DNA of 64,000 nucleotides from Balamuthia mandrillaris (GCA_031835245.2 JAVKOQ020000014.1:62001-126000), one strand, 5' to 3'. Positions 26,620-39,464 are shown, counted from the stretch's first letter. Notes: a model not told the origin generated them from the letters alone. Numbers and translations are program-made.

Positions 26620-28581
26620 GTCTCCTTCAATAATTACTAACAAATATACATACTAACAAAAAAAACATAAAAGGGGTCTCGTCTTTGTTTCACTCTCTAT
26701 CGTCGCCAATACGACAGTTCTAGCGGAGCACCTCCGCCAGAGAAAGTTGCGGTGAACCGCCGGACGGACGTTCCTTTGGGATGGGTAAACTGCCAGTTCA
26801 TCAATCACAAGAACGAGTTGATACAAGGCCCTTGCTCGCTCAAACTTTGGTTTGGCAAGAACAATCCAATTGGTACGCTTTTTTCTTTCCAAGTTTCGTT
26901 CTCTCATGCTGTTTGTTAATCAAACGCTGTGATAATATACAGGCACGTGCATGGAAAACGTGATATCTCAGGACAATCCACCGGTTCTCTATTTGGAGTT
27001 TTACACCACAAAATACACCATCTACTTCCCTCCCTATGAATCCTCCTCCCAAGACGCCTCTTCCTCCACTTCTTCTTCCTCCCCCCCGAAAAACAAACAA
27101 GAAACTGAACATCCCGAGCTCGACGAGAAGTTAGAGCTTATCGTGAAAAAAGGTTTGTTCTTGTTTTATTTATCTATGTGCTGCTTTATGTTTCTATTGC
27201 AGTTTTTTTTGTTGTTCTTGTTCTTTTGATAGTTTCTTCTTTTCTTTCTGCTATTTGTTTTTTAATGTATAGAAAACCACGGTCTCACCCTTAATTTACT
27301 TTCCAAACAAACCATATATCTTTAACGAAAACAACAGATCCCTTGACCGCACTAACCAAACAAGAACAAGAACTGATCTGGGAACACAGAGAGTACTGCA
27401 CTCGCTTCTCCAAGCTCCTCCCTCGCTTCCTCCAGTCCACCCGCTGGAACGACAACACCTGTGTGGAGGAGGTCTACCGACTGCTGCCCCACTGGAAGCC
27501 GCCCTCCGCTTTCGACGCCCTCCAACTCTTGGACGCCAAGTATGCCTCCCCGGTGGTGCGAGAGTATGCCGTCTCGCGGCTGACGGACTTGGGCGATAGG
27601 GAGTGTGCCGATTTCCTGTTGCAGCTCACGCAGGTGCTCAAGTATGAGGCTTATCATGACTCGGCATTGGCAAAGTTCTTGTTGAGCCGTGCGTTGCGGA
27701 ACAACAATCAGATTGGACATGCCTTCTTTTGGCATTTGAAGGTTCTTATTTTATTTATGCCTTTTTTTTTCTTTGGCTTTGTTGTCTGTTTTCTCCGTTT
27801 TTCTTGTTTGTTCTTCTTCTTCTCTTTGCTAAAACCTTAATATTCTTCATTTTTTTAAAATCAACTATACAATGTAGTCCGAAATGCACAATCCTACAAT
27901 AGCATCGCGGTTCTCTCTTCTCTCGGAGGCTTACCTTCGTGGCTGCGGGGAGTTTCGTCAAGTACTCCTAAAGCAGAACTCCGTCCTGAATCAACTGGCT
28001 CGAGTGGCGATGAAGGTCAAGGAGGCTCGTGGCACGGCGGAGCGCAAGCAAGTGCTCCTCAAGGAGCTCTCTCGCATTGACTTTCCGGAAAAGTTTCAGC
28101 TTCCTCTAGATCCTCGACAGGAGGTCAGATCTCTAAAAATTGGTTTGCTTCCTCTCTTCCTCTCCTTTCTTAGATCTTCTCTTAACCTCTTGAAAAACAA
28201 CAAAGAGGACTGCAAGTATATGGACAGCAAGAAGATGCCGTTATGGTTGGTCTTTGAGAACGCAGAGGCGCGCGGTGACCCCATTTACGTTATCTTCAAG
28301 GCCGGCGATGACCTCCGTCAGGACGTCCTAACCCTCCAAATGCTCCGCATAATGGACAAGCTCTGGAAGAACGAGGGACTGGACCTGAGGTTGAATGCCT
28401 ACGGCTGCGTGGCCACCGGAGATGAGTTGGGGCTGATTGAGGTGGTGCTGAACGCTGCCACCACGGCGAGTATTAACAAGGAGGCCGGTGGCTCGAAAGC
28501 GGTTTTGTACAAGGATACGCTGTCCAAGTGGTTGCAGGCGGAGAATCCTTCCAGTACGTGTTCTCTCCACTTTTTCGTTTC

Positions 28582-28630
<49 letters not shown>

Positions 28631-29339
28631 CTGTTCTCTTATTAACTCAACAAAAAATAAAATAAAAATAAATAACAGAGGACCTCTTTGAAAAAGCCCG
28701 AGAGAACTTTTTGCTCTCTTGCGCAGGCTACTGCGTGGCCACCTACGTGCTCGGCATCGGCGATCGCCATAACGACAACATCATGCTCACCAAGAGCGGT
28801 CACCTTTTCCACATTGACTTTGGCCACTTTCTGGGCAACTACAAGAGCAAATATGGGTTCAAGCGAGAGAGAGCTCCCTTTATTTTTAACCCACAGTTCT
28901 CGCATATATTGACCCTGCACGGCCATAATGACCTCTACAAAGAATTTGAGCAGACCTGTGGACGAGCTTATAATATCTTGAGAAAGCATGCCGACATGTT
29001 TATCAACTTGTTTATGATGGTTAGTTATTTCTTTCTCTTCTCTCTCTCTCTCTCTCTCTCTTTCTCTTTCTCTCTTTCTCTCTTTCTCTCTTTCTCTCTT
29101 TCTCTCTTTCTCTCTTCTAACTTGCTTGTTCTTACAAAAACAATCTCTAGATGTTATCAACGGGAATACCCGAGTTGCAATGCGAGGAGGACATAGAGTA
29201 CATGCGGGACTCCTTCTCGTTGGATTTGACCGACGAACAAGCGGCCGACAAGTTCAAGAAGCTCATTCGAACGGCACGAAAGACGAAAGCTGTTATGATC
29301 AACGACATCATTCACATTTGGGCGCATTCCAAAACATAG
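22728..29339 (+). CDS. Class I phosphatidylinositol 3-kinase catalytic subunit (Ser-rich N-terminus, Ub-like/RBD, C2, helical, kinase), multi-exon
   Basis: RBD YILKVTGLKEYLFG...YDYIRKSL; C2 VAQLYHG...PLWNEWL; helical ALQLLDAKYASPVVREYAV; kinase MDSKKMPLWL, IFKAGDDLRQD, LGIGDRHNDNIM, HIDFGHFLG, KRERAPF. Confidence 0.96.
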
Positions 29340-29819
29340 TTTGTTCTCTGTTTTCTTTTTTTTGTTTTTGTTGTGGAGTTTTTTTTATTTGTTTGTTTTA
29401 TAGTAATAATACATAAACCTTTATTTGTTTTTTTTCTTTTGGCGAAAGAAAGAAGGGAAAAGTTGAGGAGGTGCAAGGAGAGCAGAGAGGATTTCCGTGC
29501 CATCCGCATGTTGGAAAGTAAATCGAAACAACTTGCTTGTTGTGAGAGCAGAGAGGAGACAGCAGACAGCAGAGATGAGATGCAAGGAGAGGAGAGAGAA
29601 GACTTATAGTTGAAACTGAAACTTATAAAGAATGTATTTTCTGGAAAGAAGGACGTGCTACAAAAGAAAGAGGAAGAGACGGGAGCGGGAACAAACTTAT
29701 CCACCCACCGACTTCAACAAAGCCAGCGCTACTGCCACTGCAATGGTATTGTGACTATCATGTGGTTGTTGAACAACAGGGAACAAGGGTTTCCTCGGAG
29801 GGAACAAACCACCAATGCA

Positions 29820-30921
29820 TCAGAGCACAGCAGTTTCCACGAGGCAATAGGTGTTGTTCATGGCCACCAGGTTTATAGTGTTTGGCCCCTCGCGATGGAC
29901 TTGGTTGGGATCGTTTTGCTCGCAGAATATGCGCAGACCTCTTCCCGTTGCTGCCGCAAATATCAGGGCGAAGCTGCTATCGCAAGGGCCTTCCGCGTAG
30001 TCGCGAGATGGCTCTCCTGTCATTGCTATCGCGACCACGGGAACTTCTGGGTTCGCCTACAAAGAAAGAGAGAGAAGAGAGAAGAGAGTGTAAGACTCAG
30101 AAGAGAAACACCTCAGCAAAGGAAGCAACAAACTGCAATATAGTTGATAACCACTCGCCTAGCCTCTTCCTGGGAGGCGTAATTCATGATATGGGCAAGG
30201 GTTGCTGGCAGGCAATTTGGAGCTTCCCCAAAGTGGGCGAGTCGCATGCGGTCTGGATCCATTTGTGTTGCTCTCATCTGCTGCTGAAGCCAACCTGGTA
30301 TCGGAGTTGCCGCCTGGGCTCCGGTCGTATTCGATCTGTGATAAAAGGATCATCAGCCATCCCCTGCAACACAATGACTACTAATAACTTACCTCTCGGC
30401 AGACATTGATTGCTGAGCCCGTAGCCTTGCCTGAAATTCGGGCACGTTGAAAAAAGGTCGGGGTTCGGCTAACGTTTGCACCAAGACATCCATTTTTTTG
30501 TCCAGGAGGGTTAAGCGCTCGTCCATGCTGGCGAAGAGCTCAGATATAAACTAGGGGAAAGGTAAGTGGGCAGTCATTGGGTCGCAGGTGAACGTACCTC
30601 ACGCAGCCCAAACGTTTCGGTGAGAGCTGCCGTGAATGTCCTCATAGGGAAGTTATTCAAGGCCTCTGTGAGATGTTGCAGTGCAGCACGATCGAGTGGA
30701 GGAGGTTGCGGGTCAGCCCTACCACGCCCTCTCGCATCTGTCGAGCCTCCCTCTTCGTCCAACCTTCTCTCTCTATCGGCCAGCCTCTGGGCCTGCCGTT
30801 GCCTCTCCAACAGTTCCCTCTCGGCATGCTGTCCCAGGTCCGCTCCAAGGTGGTCTCTTTCCTCGGCGGACGATCGAGCTGGTGCGCTGCCACTACTCCT
30901 TATGCTACTTCTTCTACTCAT
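29820..30921 (-). CDS. 4-exon 306-aa protein with a C-terminal OTU-like cysteine-protease fold (catalytic His absent)
   Basis: Exons 30921-30598, 30550-30393, 30335-30134, 30056-29820 join in frame via 47, 57 and 77 nt GT-AG introns; GEAPNCLPATLAHIM...EEARRVVINYIAANPE...FAAATGRGLRIF...TINLVAMNNTY follows OTU spacing. Confidence 0.7.
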
Positions 30922-31088
30922 TCTTCTTCCCGCTGAAGTACCTTCCCGCAGAACGAACGCCTTCTCTGTCTTGTAGTCGGCTGCTGCTACGTTTTGTTTT
31001 TGTGCTTTTGGATGTCTTTTATGAACCCCAAAAAAACAAAAAAGAAGACGGACACTCGAAATTTCAACCGTTTGGGCCAATGAGCATG

Positions 31089-31101
31089 TTTCCCGCCAAA
31101 A
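31089..31101. promoter_or_regulatory. E2F-like site TTTCCCGCCAAAA upstream of the OTU-like gene
   Basis: Full consensus match about 170 bp upstream of ATG 30921. Confidence 0.4.
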
Positions 31102-31409
31102 CCGCCGACAAGAAAGACCAACAAAGCATAGACAGAAGGCCCTACTTTCCCCCTTGCGCTCAGCTAAGCGTGGCCTCACCTCACGATTACTTCGTTCTTT
31201 GGCCTCAGCTGTGCCAGGAGAACTATCCTCTTGTCCTATGGTACCGGAGCGCAGCATTGCATGAGACCGAATTGAATGAATTAGAGGGCTCTAACGGCAA
31301 GTGTTTTATACAAGTAGTGCCGAGCAGGTGCAAGTGCAGCAAAACTGCTCCATGCGATGTGTAACAAAGAATAAAATATAGTTAAATAGGTTGGGCATCG
31401 TCTCATGCC

Positions 31410-34400
31410 TTAAATCACCATATCTTGTGCGCCAGGGGGCTGCCAAGACAGACGCATCATCCTCTCCTTCTTCGCCAGCCGTTTCTTACGGATGATGAAA
31501 AACGTCCCACCAGCCATAGCCACCATCGAAACCACACAGGCGCTAGGGACTACAATGGAGACAATCAGTTTGAGGTTCGTATCGTCCGTCGTATCCACCA
31601 ACTCGTCCAGTGTTCCATCGTCATCTGGTTTCGTTTTATCAACTTTGATAGCAGGATCGAAAGTTATCTGCACTCGTATCACAGGAAGATTAGGTTCCTC
31701 ACCGTCTCCTCCACCATCTGGATTCGTGTTTGGTAAGTCGAAGTGAACGCTTTGGGTGGTTTCGTCCCATGTACAGTTCACCAGTTCAACGGTTGTTTCA
31801 GTTTCCCAATAGCCAGAAGAAGATTCTGAAGAAGATTCCGAAGTGGAAGAGGAAGAAGCAGAAGAAGAACCAGAGGAAGAAGGAGACGAAGCCGACGACG
31901 TTGAAGAGGCATCAGAAGAAGAATTACCCGAAGAGTCTGAAGAGAGAGAGCCAGACGACGACGCGTTGACGAAGCGTTGCCACTCCAAAACGGCCATTGT
32001 GTTAGAACTCATCGTTACGGTCCAGCCCTTATCTTCGGTTACTAACTTGCGAATGATCTGTTGTTGAGACTCGTTGCTAGAAACTTGTGTTAAGTTTTGT
32101 CCTTGTCCAGTTTGGAGCTGCACGCTCAACCTCAGCCGGTTTTTGGAATTCGAAAACGGCCAGCCAGTAACACGAATGCTCCATCTCGTTGTGTTCTTGT
32201 GCAACAAGTAGTCTACAGGTCCAACCGTGATGACGCCATCATCTTTCGGAAGAATGAATTCCCAGAAGAGCGTAACAGGGTGTTGTTGATGGCCATGAAT
32301 GATGATGTTGGAGAGCTGATAGGCCAAACGAGTGAAACCTTGCCGCTTGTAAGTGAAGAAGGAGTAGCCGGAGGAAGGTACTTGAAGAGTGTGGAGAGGG
32401 TAGGCAACGGTGTTGGCGGGCGTGATTTCAGTGAGCGAAAGAAAAGCAGCGTTAAGAGTTAGAGTGGGAGAGGTTTCGTTTGAGGCGGACGAGGAAGAGG
32501 ATGATCCAGAGTCAGACGAAGAAGGTGAAGGAGAAGTAGTGTTAATGGTAAAGGTCGGAGTAGTATCATGAAACATCACAATTGATTGTTCCTGTGCATC
32601 TTCATTTCCTGAAGAAGAGGAGGAGGAAGAAGAAGAGGAGGAGGAAGAAGCAGAAGAAGCAGAAGAAGAAGAAGAAGAAGAAGAAGAAGAAGAAGAAGAA
32701 GAAGAAGAAGAAGACGAAGAAGAAGCAGAAGAAGAAGAGGCAGAAGATGTAGAGGAGGAAGAAGCAGAAGAAGCAGAAGAAGCAGAAGAAGAAGAAGCAG
32801 AAGCGGAGGACGATGACGAAGAGGAAGAGGAAGAAGAGGAGTCAGATGGGGGCAAGATTGGGTCGTAGAGTTCAGGGAACGCAACCATGTCTTCATCTAA
32901 GTCATACCTATTGTCCACCATTTGACTGCAACGACAGTTGCTCAACCACAATTCGTTTTCTCTTGTATTTCCTCCTTCTCCCCAGTTGGCAAAGAAGATA
33001 TCAGGAGAGCCGTTAGCGTCAAAGTCTCCCACTCCAATTCCTCTTCCATAGGTGCCGTCTTCACTCTTTGGGAAGACAACTGGAGTACGAAATGTTCCTT
33101 TGTCGTTCATGAGAAGTACTTGCGCTCCATAATTGCCTGTTCCGATGATCAAGTCTGGCCATCTGTCTCCATTCATATCCTCCGCTACGACGGACCACGC
33201 TCTGAATATTCCCTTTTGTTAACGTTAGAAGGGCCAGAAGAATGCTGAAAGCAACCAGGATGGAGAAAGCAGAATGCTGATAGTAGCAACCAGGATGGAG
33301 ACAGAAGCAACAGCAGAGAAAGAGGAAAAAGTACCAGATCCGTTTTCTTTTCAACAGGAAAGGCTCCTTTGCCGTCGTTCCTCCAAAGAGTCGAGTGGTC
33401 GTCCCATCGGGTGGCAATAACAATGTCTAGATCACCGTCTCTATCAAAATCCACCAAAGCCTTGTACCAACAAGTAACGTGATGAGTCTTGAAAACAGTT
33501 TACCTTTTTTCAGGAGGTATTACATACCACCCCTGCGGCTTTTCCAGGTGCCTCTAAGTTAGGACCTGCCTCAAACACAACGGATGGCTGTCTGCTTACG
33601 CCAAAGTAGACTTTTGAGAAGCCGAACTGGTGCGCAAAGACGATATCAACTATACCATCCCGGTCCAAGTCACCCTGTTTTGCAGCAGCATCAAATGTTA
33701 GGAGATGGATATCCTGAGAAAGAAACGACTTGATAAACTAAAAAGAACCCCAAGAAGCTGTGATACGCACCAAAGCAGCGCCCAGGGATCCAGCTGTTGG
33801 AAATACAGGTCCCAATTCAAAGCCCCTCTCTCCCTTGTTTAGCATAATGAAGCTCGGTGAAGCGTCTCTTCTGTCAGTAACCAAAAAGTCCAGCTTTCCG
33901 TCTCCGTTGAAGTCGTAGCTGGCAAACGCCCCCACGCTCGGATTAATGCCAACGTAAGGGCGATAGTCAATCATCTTGCTATCATCGAAAAGGAAGGAAC
34001 CATGTCCGTAGTAGATTCGCAAATCTCCAGTTAAGATATCGGTGAAGCCATCTCCGTCAAAGTCTTTCATAAGGCCTCTGCTACCCCATCCCAAGATCGG
34101 TTCCACTGTTGGAGATGCAGAAGTTAGCAAGAAGATGACGGAGAGGAAGCGAAGGAAGCAAAGACGATGGTACTTGTCTCGTTAAAGAAATGGCCAGTTC
34201 CGTCGCCTTTGTTGCGATAGAGTTTAGGCACGCCGCCTTCGCGAAAGACGAGGACGTCGGGAAAGAGGTCGTCGTTGACATCCCCGACGGCCACAGATAC
34301 CGACTTTTCTGGAGCAAAGCTCTGCAACAACGAAAAGCGGGAAAACTGCTCGAAGCTCTGCACGTCGCAATCTTCACAGGTCGTTACGATCGAACCTGTC

Positions 34401-34468
34401 CGTCCCACCCCGCACCAAAACATCAGAACCGCGCTCACCGCCAGGAAAGAGAAGCTCGTAGAAAACAT
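31410..34468 (-). CDS. Type I membrane protein with FG-GAP/VCBS beta-propeller repeats, Ser-rich linkers and a juxtamembrane beta-sandwich, multi-exon
   Basis: Signal MFSTSFSFLAVSAVLMFWCGVG; repeats GDVNDDLFPDVLV, DFDGDGFTDIL, DFNGDGKLDFLV, DFDRDGDLDIVI, DMNGDRWPDLII, GDFDANGSPDIFF; TM LIVSIVVPSACVVSMVAMAGGTFFII followed by RKKR. Confidence 0.88.
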
Positions 34469-34880
34469 CTTTTGAAAAAAAAAAGAAAAAAAAAAGAACA
34501 CCAACCCCCTCTCGCCTCCTTTCTGCTTGTCTTGTTAGTTGAACAAAAAAAAAAAAGCCAAAACGAGCTTGAACGTACACCCTAGGAAAGCGTTTTTTGT
34601 CAAGTTTTCTCTGCCAAAGGAAACGGCACCTTCGCCTAATATAGCTGCCAGAGGATTTTTTGATTGGTTGCTTTAAAGTTCTTGCTTTCCCTATATAGAA
34701 GTCCGGCCTGTTCGAAGAAGAACAGCTGGGATGACCGCTCCACCCCGTGCTTGTACTTTGAAGAAAACGTCAACGCTTTTTCTTACCCCACTAACGATGT
34801 TGTGGTATTATTATGTTGCGTTAAGCACGTTTCCTTTTTTTTTTGTGTTGGTGTATGTTTATTTATAAAATGAAGAGTTA

Positions 34881-37800
34881 CTAAAAAGCAGAAGAAAAAG
34901 CAGAAGAGGACGAAGAAGCGGCACCTCTATTCACGGACGCAAACAACTCGCTCAACTCTCGCAACTCTGTCGCCGTCCTTCCCCAATTCAGCTTCTTTGC
35001 AGGGCCAGAGGATGATGAGGAAGAAGCATCACGCACAATTTCAAAGCTGTGTCGCAACATTCGTATCGCTCTTTCCACACAAGCTTCTGGCTCCCTTTCC
35101 GCTCTCTCCTCCAACTCTTTCTTCCATCTTCTCGCTTCCCTCAATAACACTTCTTCCTCTTCTTCCGGAGAAGAAGGAGAAGTAGACGAGGAAAGAAAAG
35201 AGGAAGAAGGAGGAAAAATGGTTTCGCCGTTGAGGAAGTTTCTAACGAGCGGAAAACATTCCGAAGGAGCCATTTGATCCAATTGGAGAGAAGGAGAGCG
35301 GCGGAGGAACTCGCAGAAGCTTTGAAAGGTTTGCATTACGACCGGCCACCTAGAGTCCGCAAAGAGGAGATGGAAGAGACCAGCGCATGACCGAAGTATC
35401 CTTTCCTGATAGTTGGAGAAACAACAGGTTAATTTTTAACTTAAAAAGTGAAAGAAAATAATGAAGGAAGAAACGAAACTTGAAGTTTGGTATCAGGAAG
35501 TTGGACTTGAGCACATTTCTCCACAAATTGAGCGATCATGGGCATGCATTGCGGTTGTGCAGGTCCCAATTGGAAGAATCCTTGTAGGAACTGGAAATCG
35601 GAAAAAAAAAGGAAGCAAATGTTAGAAAAAGATATTACAAGCAAATGAAATAGACAGCGAGAATGAAAGAGGGGAAACGAGAGAGGAAAAAAGAGAAGCA
35701 GAGAGAGAAGAGAAATAGAAAAGGTACGTTAGCAAGCATATCAACAGGCAGGAACTCGAGAACAACGGCTGACAAGTCTATCAACAGGCAGGTAAGAGTG
35801 CTGTCGCCAGTTGTGTTTGACTGCAGTTCGTTGGCAAAGAGATGGCCGATGGACTCAATGATTTCAGGGGGATGGTGGGTTGGTATATGCAACAAATCCT
35901 TTCGTTGCAAGAAAACAATCAAGCAACGAATTACATCGATCTTATTTTATGAGAGATCGATATTCCTTAAGTTAGAGATACTGAAGAAGAAGAAGAAGAA
36001 GAAGAAGAAGAAGAAGAAGAAGAAGAAGAAGAAGAAGAAGAAGAACAAGAACAAGAAGAAGAAGAAGAAGAAGGAGAAGGAGAAGGAGAAGAAGAAGGAG
36101 AAGGAGAAGAAGAAGGAGAAGAAAATGAAGAAGAAGGACGAAGAAAGAAACTCACCAAAGTGCGTCGAGGAGTGTTATGCTTCTTAAGCAACGAAAGACT
36201 GAGCATATAAATTGGCACCAACAGTTCTCTCGTAGTTGCAATCGGCAAAGTCTCCTGGAGACAAGGAATCAATACATCCAAAAACGGAGTAACTCGCGCG
36301 ATAAAATTTTGGTCGTGTTCTTGTTGAAGTTGGCGACCTCTTTCTAAAAGTTGTTTGCATAACGATCCTAATGGAGATATACGAAGACATGGGACTGCAT
36401 ATCGAAAAGCAGTTATAACACGATCCAAAAGTTCGTCTTCTTCTTCTGTATCAACGACTTCTTTGGCTGCTGTTATCAAGAAATGAACGTGTCGCTGTTG
36501 TAGTGAATCGTCGGCGTTGCTAAGGAGAAAAGTCCAAAGCATTAATGCCAACACAGAACAACCGGAATGTGGATGAAAGACGTTATCCATAACGAATGCC
36601 TTTAGGTGTGAAAAAAATATCAATAAAGAGAGAAGGAAAGAAGAATGAAGAGTCTAAATACCTCCACTTCTACAAACTTTCCATTGAAAGAAAGGGCATA
36701 GATAAAGGCGGCTAACACAACAAAGATGTCGTTCAAGCTGCTCCGTAAGTATAGGTAACATTCCTGAATGCCATTCATTAACCATGGTAAGCTTCTGTTT
36801 AACAATTTTTGTAGTTAGACAAGAAAACAAGAAAGGAAGAAAGATATAAAGCAAAGAAGGAGAAAAGATGTTACCTTGCCAAGCGCGGAAAAAACGATAT
36901 TGTATAAGGAAGGCCTTGAGCAAGCCCAAAAAGAATATAAAACTTGCCCAAAGCGGTGGAACGAGGTTCCCCATCCTCGATGGCAAACGTGCTCAAGATT
37001 GTTTCCTTCTGTTCGTTCGAGAGGGAGGATGCAAGTAAACCACGCAGCATAGGGTCAAAGCCCACTCCAATGCTGGTTTGAAACGCTTTGTTGGCATTCG
37101 GTGTGAGTTGACTGTTATCTGAAGTGTACTGGGCTACATTGCTTTTTAAGGTGACGAAGGAGAAGAGCAAGCAGAAGAAAGATAAGCCAGTAAATAATAA
37201 AAGGAAAAGAGCTGACGATAAGGACCTTCGTATATACAAGATAAGAGGTGTTATTACATCGATGTGAGGAAGATAGACTTGTGCTTTGTTTGTTGAACAC
37301 GAAATGTTAAAATAAAGAGGAAGGAGGAGAACAGAAAACAATATGGAGCAGAAAAAACAACTGGATGGATAAACGTACGACAGACAGAAACGCAATTAAA
37401 GAGCACCAGCAGAAGAACACGAACTGTAGAAACAAGCATGTTGAAATCCTTTTCTTCTTGTGGCCGTGGAACAGTTTCTCCCGAAGATGAAGGTTGCAAC
37501 AAAGCGAGACTCTTATCGAACCAATACTTCAACTTGCTCAAGAGGGTAACCACAAGTTTGGAGGAGTCGAAAGTTTCAGTGAGATGGTCCTTGTGTTTGG
37601 TGAAAGCGAGAACCCGCAGTGCGCTCCAAAGAGAGTTTGCAAGAAAAGGTAGTTGGGAATCGAGTTGGCAAAGAGTGAGCACTTGATGGCATACTGTTAA
37701 AGAAGAAAAGAAACGTAAGAAAAAGGTCAACGGAGTGAAAGAAAAAGGAACGAAGCAAAATAAGACATAAGAAGAAAAAGGAAGAAAGAAGATATGGCAT

Positions 37801-38763
37801 CAAAGAAACAGAAATAAGACGTACTTGAGGCCAATTCTTGGCATTGAGGGGTATAGTGCGAAGAGTTCGAAGGAGGAAAGACGGTGTTGGAGTCAATCCG
37901 ACTGATAGCCTCTCCAAATAATACTTTTGTCCTCCGGATGAGCTCTTTGCTGCTCTTATCCGCTGTCCTCAGCAAGTATATACAAATATGAGCGAAGAGA
38001 ATAGGAGAAAAGGAGAAGAAAAGGAGAGGATGATGAGAGGAAAACCGCAGAGAAGAGAAGCGTGAGAGAAGCAAGAAAGAGCAGTACCAAGGGAGGGCGT
38101 CATGAATGCCGGAACCATGGAGAAGCAGAGCTCCAACCCTTCAAAGAGGCTTAGCGTAAAGGCCCGAATGCAAGCGAGGTTGTGAAAGGCAGGCGTTGGC
38201 AGCAACGCAAGACTGCTGGAGAAGAACTGCAAACATTCACTCGCTCTCTTTTTTTGTTTGTCATCACCAAAAAAAAAAGTTTAGCAGCGAAAGAAGTAGA
38301 GGAGCTACGAAGGAAAAAAAAAGAGAGGAGCACCTCAAGAGGCAACGAGATCTCAGCCGCTGTCCCCCTTCCTCCAACGTTTTGAAGCCATGTTTTCATC
38401 CCGCTCACATCATTTCTCAGCTGTTCCAAAACCTAGTTTTTTTTTTTGTTGTTCTCCCATCAGAAAAGTAAGAACAGTTTTAAACACAAAAAGACGTACG
38501 CGTGGAGCAAAAGCGGTGCACCAACGCTGAAGAACGTCCGGTTGATTCACCGCTTTGAGCAGGAGCGGAGCCGCGCGAAGGGCCGAACGAAGAGCCTCCG
38601 TAGGAGGCTCGGGTGGTTGCGCCGCCGAAGGCGCTGCGGCAGCGGTGGAGAGCCGTTGCAACAAGGCGGAGCAAACCGAGTCCCAGTGTTGGGCTATCCT
38701 TTGTCCATCCCAGTGGGCCAGCTCCTCCAAGGAGAAGGAAGGAGAAGCTGCAGGTTGGCTCAT
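34881..38763 (-). CDS. FIRRM: FIRRM/FLIP (C1orf112, DUF4487)-like helical protein, multi-exon
   Basis: Spliced segment IFVVLAAFIYALSFNGKFVEVE|AFVMDNVFHPHSGCSVLALMLWTFLLSNADDSLQQRHV resembles the conserved FLIP/C1orf112 block as I recall it; also LANSLWSALRVL. Confidence 0.6.
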
Positions 38764-38971
38764 GTTTCTTGTTTTTTTGTTTTGTCCTCTTTTCTTTTTT
38801 TTTTTTTGGTTTAACTGTTTTTCTTAGAAAAATTTAGACTCAACTTTACCACCAGATATGATTTCTGATTCACTCTGAGTTTTGATTTCTGATTCAGCCT
38901 CTGTTTTGATTTTTGATTGGTGGATCTGTGTATCTTAATAACCCTTCTTCTGCTCCTGTTGCTGGTTGGTT

Positions 38972-39350
38972 ATGGCTCTTCTTGATGCCGGCGCATCCTC
39001 TTCCTTGTAAATCCTTCCCTTGTGGAACAGTTTCACCTTAAAACGGCCACTCATCGTTTGGCATTCCGGTCCGATTCCCTGGCCCTTAGGCTTCGGCGCC
39101 AGATGACAAGAGCATTGCTAGGTGGAGTCTCCCTTGCCTCCAGAACTTCAAAAGGCTATGATCGTATCAAGGACCTGCTTGAAGAGAACAGCCGCATCCC
39201 TTCCTGAAGGTACTATCCGTTTGGAAACCGGTGATCACCCTCTATATTCAACCACCAGTATCCTACTCCAGAAGTCTGGCACTCCTCCATCAAGGAGCAA
39301 CTTGAAGTATTGTACTGTCACAAGGTTATTGTGGATGCGCCCTTGTATTC
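38972..39350 (+). mobile_element. Decayed Ty3/Gypsy LTR-retrotransposon pol remnant (aspartic protease plus start of RT)
   Basis: Across frameshifts: MALLDAGASS/FLVNPSLVEQFHLK (retropepsin-like), then IKDLLEENSRIP/LPEGTIRLETGDHP/SIFNHQYPTPEVWHSSIKEQLEVLYCHKVIVDAP (pre-RT segment). Confidence 0.72.
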
Positions 39351-39464
39351 ACGAACAATCTGGTTGTACAGGTCGGTTATATTAAGATCGGGTCTTGTAC
39401 TAATATATCATTTCAACTAAAAGACCGGCAGAAGAGAGAGAGAGAGAGTGAGAAAAGCAAGTGC

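Noticed and set aside
29373..30143. Plus-strand ORFs 29373-29609 and 29610-30143
   Set aside because: No motifs; the latter is antisense to the better supported OTU-like gene.
33241..33307. Direct repeat AATGCTGA...AGCAACCAGGATGGAGA x2
   Set aside because: Simple local duplication inside an intron of the FG-GAP gene; no evidence of function.
34116..34175. Apparent frameshift in the FG-GAP gene
   Set aside because: Resolved by a GT-AG intron.
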